From Candidatus Brocadiia bacterium (lineage in GTDB: Bacteria; Planctomycetota; Brocadiia; CAIUPP01), in the NCBI GenBank assembly GCA_050015075.1, contig JBEKCB010000023.1:1-64000 (forward strand): a stretch of 64,000 nucleotides of DNA, written 5' to 3'. The notes below the pieces were generated by a model. That model was given only the letters and a program-made list of their open reading frames with translations. It did no database searches and was not told where the DNA came from. Shown here one piece after another: positions 1 through 8,065 of the stretch (position 1 is the stretch's first letter; every line of letters starts with the position of its first letter). Both the position numbers and the translations under genes were made by a program.

Positions 1-257
1 CCGTGCAGGCCACGACGCCGGGCAAGCAGGTCATCGGCTCGAGCACGGGGCACGGCGGCACGACGAACTACACGAAGGCCGGGGTCGCGTACGGGACGAG
101 CGTGAACGTGCAGGCGCCGGCGACGGACCCGGCCGGATACACCTTCTCGCAATGGACGGTGGACGGCGTGGCCCAGCCTGCCGGGCAGAAATCCGTCGCG
201 TTCACGATAACCGCGGCCACGACGGCAGTGGCGGCATATGTCAAGGACGCACCGTGA
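1..257 (+). CDS. C-terminal fragment of a secreted/surface protein ending in an InlB B-repeat/Flg_new-like beta repeat (5'-truncated by the window)
   Basis: Open frame from the window edge; YGTSVNVQAPATDPAGYTFSQW...VAAY matches the GYTFxxW repeat pattern; Thr/Gly/Ala-rich. Confidence 0.6.
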   Translation, partial: VQATTPGKQVIGSSTGHGGTTNYTKAGVAYGTSVNVQAPATDPAGYTFSQWTVDGVAQPAGQKSVAFTITAATTAVAAYVKDAP

Positions 258-665
258 ACTAGCCAAATCCCGCCGGCCAATTTGGTGTTGGTGTGATGCT
301 GCTACGGTCACGTACGCTCAGCTCGATCTCGACCGAAGGGGCAGGCGGTGAGGCAACAAGATCGTCGCCGCGCTGAAGCCTTCACCTGCTAGAGGGTCGG
401 CTATGCGCTAATACCAAGATGGAATCGACAAATCCACGGCTCTTTCGGGAGCCAGTCCTCACGCAGTCACCGCATGTCTTAATACCTGGGCGAGAATCGG
501 CTATACCTTGTAGAGGCGGATACTACCTGCACTTGGCTCCGGCCACTGAACGCGAAGCGGTTCTGCCTCAACTGCTATCCATTTACGCGGTCAAGAGCGA
601 CGGCGACGTTGGGCGGGCCGGAAGTCCGTTCGCGGGGGCGAAACGCGGGGAAGCGGCAAGGGCCG

Positions 666-720
666 AAAAGAAAACTCCCAATGTTGCCCCTGCTGATTGG
701 GGAGAAGCAACATTAGGAGT
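666..720 (-). terminator. Probable intrinsic terminator
   Basis: Arms ACTCCCAATGTTGC (674-687) and GCAACATTAGGAGT (707-720), followed on the minus strand by TTTTCTTTT. Confidence 0.55.
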
Positions 721-923
721 CAGTGGTCGGGGCGGGCCGTGTTGTACCTTACTGACGATTGATTTTACTGGGGCCGCCGTGGCCGAGTTCGCCGCTTGAG
801 GTTCGTCCAACGCCAAGAATGGACGGGGCAACTGGAGCTCGTTCGAGCCGTCCTCGGCCGCGCTTCCTTTGCAGCCGGAGGCACGGTTTTCGGACGAAGT
901 CAGGCGATTGCTGACGACCGCGA

Positions 924-1373
924 TCACGGCCGTCTCTCCGACGAGGCAGACTTGATGATGTTGAGGTGCCAATCAGCCGAATCGCACTCGAATGTCTCAT
1001 CGCGCAGGTAGAACAGGAAATGGCGGTGTCCGGGTTCGTTTGCACGGATCATGACCCAGTCGTCTGGGCAAAGACTTAATCGCAGATCACCCTTTATTTC
1101 GTAGAACTCCCCCCATGCCGGGGCCACTCCACTGAACCGGCACTGTCCACGATACCAGCCCTCGTCATTTGTCGGGCCCAGTCGATATCGTCGGCATCGC
1201 GAGAACCGCAAGACGCCAGCGTCGTCCTGATGGAATGAGGGGAACTGGAACGGATTCATGCGGAACGTCAGCAGGAGGTCATGTCCCTTGATGCGAACCG
1301 AAGGTTCGGGAGAATTTGGCTCTGCATTCCATCCATCGTTCAATTGCTGGAATATCGTCATCATCCAACCCAC
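924..1373 (-). CDS. Small hypothetical protein (start may be a few codons downstream)
   Basis: 149-aa ORF with globular, aromatic-rich composition (WNAEPNSP, GPTNDEGWYRGQCRF, FYLRDETFEC); lower GC than core genes. Confidence 0.65.
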   Translation of the reverse strand: MGWMMTIFQQLNDGWNAEPNSPEPSVRIKGHDLLLTFRMNPFQFPSFHQDDAGVLRFSRCRRYRLGPTNDEGWYRGQCRFSGVAPAWGEFYEIKGDLRLSLCPDDWVMIRANEPGHRHFLFYLRDETFECDSADWHLNIIKSASSERRP

Positions 1374-1577
1374 CTTGTGTCCAATCAGGCAAGGGTGATT
1401 GTCGCTCGTTTGAACTGTCCGCCACCATCATCGCGCCGTTTGTGGCCGTGTTCCTCGCCGCGCCGGGACCGCACTTACTTGCGGCCGACCGCTTCGCGCG
1501 GCGGTCGGTGTGAACAACGAAGCTGAACCCGAGGCACTATCCAACGTTGGCTGTAGAGATTCTGTTGGGCGGCTTCT

Positions 1578-1886
1578 TCATGTGAACTCGATGCTTTCGG
1601 CAACGATGCGAATCACATCTCCCGACTGCATTTCGACAAGGTAAGCCCCTTCTTCTTGTCGCGCAGAATTAATCTGCTCCGAAGGGCCCCACGGTTCTCG
1701 GAGCGGAATTACAACCTCTTGAATCTTTTTCCAGGTGAGACGCCGTGGCTGTGCCCAGTGGTTAAGTCCGTCAACGAACGCTGACATATCGGCGGTGCAC
1801 GTGCGGGACGACCAGTCAACTCGCAAGCAGTACAGCACGGCATCGTGAAGAGGCAACGCGGCAATCTGAAGCTTTTCAACACTCAT
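1578..1886 (-). CDS. Small hypothetical protein
   Basis: 102 aa with an N-terminal LHDA motif and C-terminal EMQSGDVIRIVAE; GAGG Shine-Dalgarno upstream of the ATG. Confidence 0.65.
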   Translation of the reverse strand: MSVEKLQIAALPLHDAVLYCLRVDWSSRTCTADMSAFVDGLNHWAQPRRLTWKKIQEVVIPLREPWGPSEQINSARQEEGAYLVEMQSGDVIRIVAESIEFT

Positions 1887-1987
1887 GACTTATTACCTCT
1901 GCTTCCTCGGTCGCCTTGCCGCCTGCCTTCCCCGCAAGTTTGAACGCTTCCCACCGAGGGGCATATTGTAACTCGTTGCCGGAAAGG

Positions 1988-2024
1988 AAGAAAGCCCCGT
2001 GCCTCATCGGCACGGGGCTTCTTT
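1988..2024 (-). terminator. Intrinsic terminator downstream of tRNA-Pro (possibly bidirectional)
   Basis: Stem AAGCCCCGTGCC-tcatc-GGCACGGGGCTT with A/T tracts on both sides. Confidence 0.75.
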
Positions 2025-2034
2025 CGTCGACTGA

Positions 2035-2109
2035 TCGGGGCGGGCAGATTTGAACTGCCGACCTCCTGGTCCCGAACCAGGCGCTCTATCCAAGCTGAGC
2101 CACGCCCCG
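2035..2109 (-). tRNA. tRNA-Pro(CGG); CCA not encoded (followed by TCA)
   Basis: Reverse complement CGGGGCG TG GCTC AGCTTGGATA GAGC G CCTGG TTCGGGA CCAGG AGGTC GGCAG TTCAAAT CTGCC CGCCCCG A forms a complete cloverleaf with anticodon CGG. Confidence 0.97.
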
Positions 2110-2197
2110 ATTATTTCTCTAAGATTAAGTCGGCTCATTATAACATTCAGCGTCAGACGGTTCAAATCGCTCTCTGCCGGATTACGGCCGCTTCGGC

Positions 2198-3175
2198 TCA
2201 CGCGCGGGGATGAAATCTGCGGTGGATGGCCTTGAGGCGCGAGCGGTCCATGTGCGTGTACAACTGCGTCGTGGCGATGTCGGCGTGGCCGAGCATCTCC
2301 TGGATGGCGCGCAGGTCGGCGCCGTGCTCGAGCAGGTGCGTGGCGAAGGAGTGCCGCAGCGTGTGCGGCGAGATGCGGCGGCCGATGCCGGCCTTCAGCG
2401 CGGTCTTCTTGAGGATCTGCCAGATGGCCTTGCGCGTCAGCGGGGCGGACCGCGCGCCGGGGAACAGCCACTCGACGTTTCGCCCGCGCAGCAGGACCGG
2501 CCTCGCGCTTGCGAGATATTCCCTGATCGCGGCAGCGGCCTGCTCGCCGACCGGGACGATCCGCTCCTTCGATCCTTTGCCCAGGCAGCGCACGTAGCCG
2601 AGCTCCAGGTGGAGCGAGTCCAGCGTCATGCGGCTGACCTCGCTGACCCGCGCGCCGGTGGCGTAGAGGAGTTCCAGGATCGCGCGGTCGCGCAGGCCGC
2701 GGGTCCGGCTGGCGTCCGGCGTGGCGAGCAGGGCGGTGACCTCGCGCTCGGTCATCACCTCGGGCAGATGCTTGGCCAGCTTCGGCGATTCGAGCAGCGA
2801 GGTCGCGTTCTCCGGGATTTTCCCTTCCGCCCAGAGGAACCGGAAGAGCATGCGGATCGTCACCAGCGCGCGCGCGACGGAGTTGGCGTGCAGCCCTTTT
2901 TCCTTCAGCCGGACCATATGCGCGAGGACGGTGTCGGCGGTGACGGACTGAAAGCCCGAACACCGACTCTCGTCGAGATAGAGCACGAACGCGGTCAGGT
3001 CGTGCCGATAGGACTGGATGGTGTTCTGCGACAGGCCGCACTCGGAGGCGAGGTAGTCGAGGAACTGGTTGACCTGCGCGATCAACGCGCCGGTCTCGGG
3101 TCGCGCGCAGTGCGCTGCGCGCTCTCGTTGAGCAGCGCTGCCCGGTTTGCTCACTGGGCGGAGGTTTTCTTTCAC
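2198..3175 (-). CDS. xerD: Site-specific tyrosine recombinase XerD
   Basis: SAM-like N-terminus (GLSQNTIQSYRHDL), RDRAILELLYATGARVSE, GKGSKER, SPHTLRHSFATHLL and LGHADIATTQLYTH. Confidence 0.9.
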   Translation of the reverse strand: MKENLRPVSKPGSAAQRERAAHCARPETGALIAQVNQFLDYLASECGLSQNTIQSYRHDLTAFVLYLDESRCSGFQSVTADTVLAHMVRLKEKGLHANSVARALVTIRMLFRFLWAEGKIPENATSLLESPKLAKHLPEVMTEREVTALLATPDASRTRGLRDRAILELLYATGARVSEVSRMTLDSLHLELGYVRCLGKGSKERIVPVGEQAAAAIREYLASARPVLLRGRNVEWLFPGARSAPLTRKAIWQILKKTALKAGIGRRISPHTLRHSFATHLLEHGADLRAIQEMLGHADIATTQLYTHMDRSRLKAIHRRFHPRA

Positions 3176-4662
3176 TGCGACCCTTTCGGGAGGAGCAGCG
3201 ACCAGCGGAGTTCTCCCAGCGAGCCTTTCGTGAGTTTTGTTACTCTCGGGTACCAGCCCTGCGCTTCGAGGTTCTCGAGCACCTGCGGCGATGGCCGCGA
3301 GACGGCGCTCCAGTCCTCGATCAGCCAGATGCGCGGGTGGTTTTCCTCGAAGCGGGCGCCCGGTTGCAGCAGCGGTTCCGCGCCCGCCCGGGGCTGGTCA
3401 GCCGGCAACTGAGCGTAGTAGTCGAACGCGTAGCCGATATACCCGGGGTTGAACAGGATCAAGTCGTTCGGGCCCGCGAGCCGGCTGACGTCGGTCGCTA
3501 GCCGGCGCCAGTTCTCTTTCTCGAAGCCCGGCCGGTAGTAATCGCGCAGCCCGATGGCGTTCAGCGCCACGAACGCGAGCACGACGATGAGAAGGATGTA
3601 GTTCCGCCTTCGCATGCCTGGAACCCGGAACGACAGCCGCGCGCCGGAGAGCGCGATGATCAGGATCGGCTGCAGGAACATCAGGTGCTTCGCCTCGTAC
3701 TGGTGCACGCGAGGCATGGGCAGGACCAGGTACAGGAGCAGCGGCAGGCCGAAGAGGACGCCGAGGACCTTCGCCGGCCGCCAACTCCTTCGCCGGCAGG
3801 CCGCGGCCGCCGCGAGGACGCAGGCGAGGCCGATTCCCGGGCCGATACAGCCGGTTGCCTGCCAGGACCTCGGACCAATGCCCCAAGCGGCGACTCCGCC
3901 GGCGATCTCCGAACCGGTCGGCCTCCCGATCTCCACGCTTCCTTTGAGGTCCGCCGTGCGCGCCTGCAAGTTCGGCACCCAGGGCAGAAAGAGCAACGCG
4001 ATCGCCGCATGCACCGCCAGCCATCGCCCGAGTTGCCGGCGGCGCCGCCACGTCAGCCACAGGTACAACAACCCCAGCGCGCCGACCGTCAGCGCGCAGA
4101 GCGCGTAAGTGTAGAGGCTCGCCAGCCCGACGAGTCCGTACGCGAGCCAGAGTCCCCAGCCGGCCTTGCCGCGCCGTTCCAGGATGGCCAGCAGCAGGCA
4201 GACCTGGCCGAGGAACAGGGCGGTCATGAACGAATGCAGGCGCGCATCCTGCGAGTAGAAGATGCCGAAGTACGAAATCGTCGCCATCACCGCCGCCGCC
4301 AGCGCCGCCTTTCGGCCGAACAGCCGCCGCGCGATGAGGAAGCAGAGCCACACGCAGGCGACGCCCGCCAGGACCGCCGGCGCCCGCGCGTACGCGTCGC
4401 CCTTGTCGAGGCGCAGCCACAGCCATTCCACGATCTGGAAGAGCGGCGGATGCGCGTCGTGCTGCCGAATCTGGCCCATCATGTCCGAGAACGACGTCGA
4501 AGCCTTCTGGACCGTCATGATCTCGTCGAGCCAGAGCGACTTCGCGCCGAGCCCCCAGAGCCGCAGCGTGGCGGCGAGGATAAGAATCACCGGCAGCCAG
4601 TACATCTCGGGCGCGAGGGCGGGGCGCTTGACGGAATTGGTCCGGTCAGCCGAAACGAGCAT
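3172..4662 (-). CDS. GT-C (family 39/83, PMT/ArnT-like) membrane glycosyltransferase
   Basis: SLWLDE and DAHPPLF motifs, multiple TM segments, C-terminal KENWR periplasmic domain; stop overlaps the xerD ORF start. Confidence 0.8.
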   Translation of the reverse strand: MLVSADRTNSVKRPALAPEMYWLPVILILAATLRLWGLGAKSLWLDEIMTVQKASTSFSDMMGQIRQHDAHPPLFQIVEWLWLRLDKGDAYARAPAVLAGVACVWLCFLIARRLFGRKAALAAAVMATISYFGIFYSQDARLHSFMTALFLGQVCLLLAILERRGKAGWGLWLAYGLVGLASLYTYALCALTVGALGLLYLWLTWRRRRQLGRWLAVHAAIALLFLPWVPNLQARTADLKGSVEIGRPTGSEIAGGVAAWGIGPRSWQATGCIGPGIGLACVLAAAAACRRRSWRPAKVLGVLFGLPLLLYLVLPMPRVHQYEAKHLMFLQPILIIALSGARLSFRVPGMRRRNYILLIVVLAFVALNAIGLRDYYRPGFEKENWRRLATDVSRLAGPNDLILFNPGYIGYAFDYYAQLPADQPRAGAEPLLQPGARFEENHPRIWLIEDWSAVSRPSPQVLENLEAQGWYPRVTKLTKGSLGELRWSLLLPKGSQ

Positions 4663-4746
4663 ATCGTCCTCTGAAGGTGATGTTTCGGTGAAGTCTATGA
4701 AGGCCGCGGAGATATGTCAAGGCGTGACCTCCGCCGTCCGGCCTGA

Positions 4747-4804
4747 TGTAGAATATCCTACAGATGGCTCTTGACAAGGCCTGTTACATGTAGTAGTCTC
4801 TACA
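4747..4804 (+). promoter_or_regulatory. Sigma70-type promoter of the blaI-like gene with two operator palindromes
   Basis: TTGACA (4771-4776), 17 bp, TAGTCT (4794-4799); TGTAG-N6-CTACA at 4747-4762 and 4789-4804. Confidence 0.7.
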
Positions 4805-4857
4805 CGTATGAACCTGCGCATGGACTCGTTCAACGGGCACTTTGGGAGCTTATCGCG

Positions 4858-5238
4858 ATGCCGCTGATGACCTCGACCGAGCTGGAAGTGATGAGGGTTC
4901 TATGGCAGCACGGGGAACAGAAACCTTCGGAGATTCAGGAGCGATACGGCCGGCCCATCAAGAACGCCGCGCTGCGTTTCCAGTTGCGCATTCTGTTGGC
5001 CAAGGGGCACGTGGCTCGGCGAAAGGTCGGCAAGGCGTATTACTACAGGGCCTCCGCATCCCGCAAGGGCACCCTGAAGAGGATGGTCTCACGCACGGCG
5101 GAGGTTTTCTGCGGCGGCTCAACCGCTGATCTGATCGCTCAACTCATCAAGGCCGAGAAGCTGGATGCCGCGCAAATCCGCGAATTGCAGCGATATGCCC
5201 GAAAGCGACCTGCGCTTGGACGGCCGGGACGGAAATAA
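4858..5238 (+). CDS. BlaI/MecI/CopY family transcriptional repressor
   Basis: ELEVMRVLW, LLAKGHVARRKVGKAYYY and FCGGS winged-helix signature; ATG 4858 has a GGGAG SD, whereas the ORF-track start at 4771 is the -35 box. Confidence 0.9.
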   Translation: MPLMTSTELEVMRVLWQHGEQKPSEIQERYGRPIKNAALRFQLRILLAKGHVARRKVGKAYYYRASASRKGTLKRMVSRTAEVFCGGSTADLIAQLIKAEKLDAAQIRELQRYARKRPALGRPGRK

Positions 5239-5328
5239 ATGCGCCCCGATTTGGTGGCCTGAAATGTAAAGAATCGCGCGCCGAATGGCTATGCCGGCGG
5301 ATTCCGGGTTGATGGAGGGCACACGGCA

Positions 5329-8034
5329 ATGACCCAGGTGCTGGACGCGCTAGTCAACCTTTCGCCAGTGGCCTCTCTCCTGTTGAGAATCACCGTTTTG
5401 CTCGCGGCAGCTTGGTTGGGCCATGCCTTCTTGACGGCTTGCCGGAGCAATCCACGCTGGCGGCTCTTGCTCTGGCGCGGAGTGATGGTGGGACTGCTCA
5501 TTGTGCCGGCGGCGTACTCACTGGGGCAATGGCAAATCCGCGTCAATCGTCCTGTTCCGCCGCGCGCCGCTCCTGCGCTCGCGGAGGAGCCCAAACCGGC
5601 GAGCGGTCCGGCGCAGGCACAGCCAGTTGCGGCCACTGACGCCCGGATTGCTCCAATACCAGCCGCAGAAAGCAGGGTTGGCCGTTCCGCTGTGAAGCTG
5701 CGCTTGCTGTCCGTATGGGCCGGAGAACGGACGCAGGAACTGATTCTGGCGGGCTGGTGTCTGGGGACAATTATTCTGCTGCTGCGATCCGGCTTTCTCC
5801 TGGCTCGAATTCGACGCATACGAACGAGTTCATTGCCGGCGGGGCCGCAGTCCCAGTCTCTTCTGGATCGAGTGGCTCGTGAGTTGAAATGCACGGAGCG
5901 CGTTTTGCTTCGATTGTCCCCGAATATCGCTTCCCCATTCCTCACCGGGATGCGAAGGCCCGTTATTATTCTTCCAGAGAGAATGGGCCGGCCGGGATAT
6001 GAGAATGACCTGCCCGGCATTCTGGCGCACGAAGTTGCGCATGTGCGCGCACACGATCTGTATTGGATGCTGCTGGCGCGATCGCTTTCCACCCTCCTTT
6101 GGTTTCACCCGCTGGCGTGGCGGATGCGCGCCGCCCACAGCACGGCGTGCGAGGAAGTCTGCGACGCGGTTGCGGCGGATTACGTCGGGAATGCCGCGTT
6201 GTACTCATCCAGCCTGGCGCGTGTGGCGCTGGCGATCGTTCGACCCGTTCCTTCGGTGGGAGGCATCCCCATGGCACGGTCATCTCAGATCATCAGTCGC
6301 GTACAGTTGCTCGAACATGGCGTGCGGCCGAATCCGATCCGGCGCGGGCGGCTCTTCCTTTGCGCCGCGTTCGGAATCGCTCTGCTGGCGGGTGTCGCCA
6401 GCGTCCGCCTCGTTGATGCGCAGGAGACGCCCAAGCCGAAGGGCGCCGCGCCCGGCGGATCGGCCCCCTCCGCTCAGAACGAAGTGGCGACGCAAAAACT
6501 CGCTCCGGCCGTGCTGGAGAGGCGAACGGTGAACAAGAAGGTCGCGGACTTCCCGGCCAAACTCAAATTCTTCACGCCGGAAGCCGTCGCCGTTGCGATC
6601 ATTCGCGCAACGGCGCGCCAGGATGCCGAGACCATTGTCACCCACAACGAGAAATCGGACCCGAGGCTGACGGTCGGCCTGCTCAATGCTTATTGGGCGA
6701 GGTGGAAACAGCGAGACCCGGCGGGATTTGCGGCTTACAATGAGGCGCTCCTCGGTGCGGAGATCGTTGAGGTTGATACGGAAGCCCCGCCGCCGTCGTT
6801 CTCGTTGGGGTTGGCTTTAGTCTACGCTCGGCTTCCTCTTCCGAAAGGTTCGGCGCAGTCGCCGTTGATAACGATCGTCTGCTGCGGCCCGCACAACAAT
6901 TATTGGTGGTACGACGGCGAGGCCGCTCCGGCCGCTTCGCTCGAAGAGGCGCGAGCGCCGCTGGAAGCAAAGCCGCCATTGGAGCGGCGCGAGATCAACA
7001 AGCAGGTCGCCGATTTTCCGGACAAGCCGGACTTCTCAACGCCGGAATCCGCCATGGCGACCTACCTGCGGGGCTGGGCGACGCAGGATGCTAAGAGCCT
7101 CGTCGCCGGGACCCTCGCCCTGATAACGCAGGCTGAGTTTGAGAGAGACTGGAAAAAAGTCAGCCCGGAAGATTTGGCCAAGGCTCGCCAGCGCTGTCTT
7201 GCGACGAAGATTGTGGAGGTATTTACCGACAGGGGCCAGGTTGCCGTCGTCATAGCGAGCGCCCCACGGAACGGCGATTCCGATTCCTACGAGCGCACGA
7301 ACTTTATCCTGGCGAGCGACGGTCAGTGGGAAGAATATGGCGACGGTAAAGACAAAACGCTTGAAGCGGCGGTCGCGCCCATAGAGGCATTCAGGGATTA
7401 CCACTGGCTGGACCTGCACAGCCGATTGAGGACGCTGGCACTGGCTGCACAGGTTGGCCCGGTTACGGAACCCGTAAAGATAATTCTCCCAGCCGAGGCC
7501 ATGGACCCCGTCAAGGCGGAACTTGTCGGCCGGATTGAACTCTCCTTCGCACTGGGCCAACGGGATGTCACGGCTCGCAAGACCATCGCCTGGAGCGACG
7601 TGACCAGGGACGCAAAAGGAAACCGATCCATCCAATATGAGGCTTACATCACGGTCTGGGACAAGGATAAGTACATCACCAAAGACATTTACACCTTTGA
7701 CTCCAATAACAATCTGATCGGCGTAAAACATGCGGACGGGTATCCGCAAAAAGTTGTCCCCGCTCCCGTTGATATCGGTACGCAGGAGGGGCTGAAGGCG
7801 CTGGTGGAGAAGTTCTTCAGCCAGAACTACGTCGACATCGCCTCGCGCGAAACGATGGAGTGGGGGCCGCGAGAAACCAAAGAGAACGGCGACGTGTCCA
7901 TCCGTTACATGTACAAGGCCACTCTCCGACACGGCGAGAAGACCGTCATGAACCAGGTGTTCACGTTCAGCCCGAAGGGCGAGTACGTTTCGAATGAGAA
8001 CGTCAAGGGCTACCCCAAGGAGCCGAGCGAGTAA
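5329..8034 (+). CDS. BlaR1-type M56 metallopeptidase/sensor with repeated extracytoplasmic domains
   Basis: N-terminal TMs, SPFLTG..RPVIILP, ILAHEVAHVRAHD (HExxH), LWFHPLAW and EEVCD; C-terminal half made of duplicated modules. Confidence 0.88.
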   Translation: MTQVLDALVNLSPVASLLLRITVLLAAAWLGHAFLTACRSNPRWRLLLWRGVMVGLLIVPAAYSLGQWQIRVNRPVPPRAAPALAEEPKPASGPAQAQPVAATDARIAPIPAAESRVGRSAVKLRLLSVWAGERTQELILAGWCLGTIILLLRSGFLLARIRRIRTSSLPAGPQSQSLLDRVARELKCTERVLLRLSPNIASPFLTGMRRPVIILPERMGRPGYENDLPGILAHEVAHVRAHDLYWMLLARSLSTLLWFHPLAWRMRAAHSTACEEVCDAVAADYVGNAALYSSSLARVALAIVRPVPSVGGIPMARSSQIISRVQLLEHGVRPNPIRRGRLFLCAAFGIALLAGVASVRLVDAQETPKPKGAAPGGSAPSAQNEVATQKLAPAVLERRTVNKKVADFPAKLKFFTPEAVAVAIIRATARQDAETIVTHNEKSDPRLTVGLLNAYWARWKQRDPAGFAAYNEALLGAEIVEVDTEAPPPSFSLGLALVYARLPLPKGSAQSPLITIVCCGPHNNYWWYDGEAAPAASLEEARAPLEAKPPLERREINKQVADFPDKPDFSTPESAMATYLRGWATQDAKSLVAGTLALITQAEFERDWKKVSPEDLAKARQRCLATKIVEVFTDRGQVAVVIASAPRNGDSDSYERTNFILASDGQWEEYGDGKDKTLEAAVAPIEAFRDYHWLDLHSRLRTLALAAQVGPVTEPVKIILPAEAMDPVKAELVGRIELSFALGQRDVTARKTIAWSDVTRDAKGNRSIQYEAYITVWDKDKYITKDIYTFDSNNNLIGVKHADGYPQKVVPAPVDIGTQEGLKALVEKFFSQNYVDIASRETMEWGPRETKENGDVSIRYMYKATLRHGEKTVMNQVFTFSPKGEYVSNENVKGYPKEPSE

Positions 8035-8065
8035 AGGGTCGGAGCCCGACATGAGCGATTGAAGG

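Noticed and set aside
419-1045. ORFs 419-799, 583-972, 749-1045 and 796-1011
   Set aside because: They overlap each other and a terminator hairpin, and lack protein-like motifs or clear ribosome-binding sites.
2035-3175. Tyrosine recombinase next to a tRNA as a prophage or island integrase
   Set aside because: Size and motifs are those of housekeeping XerD, it lies upstream of the tRNA 5' end, and I found no duplicated tRNA 3' end in the window.
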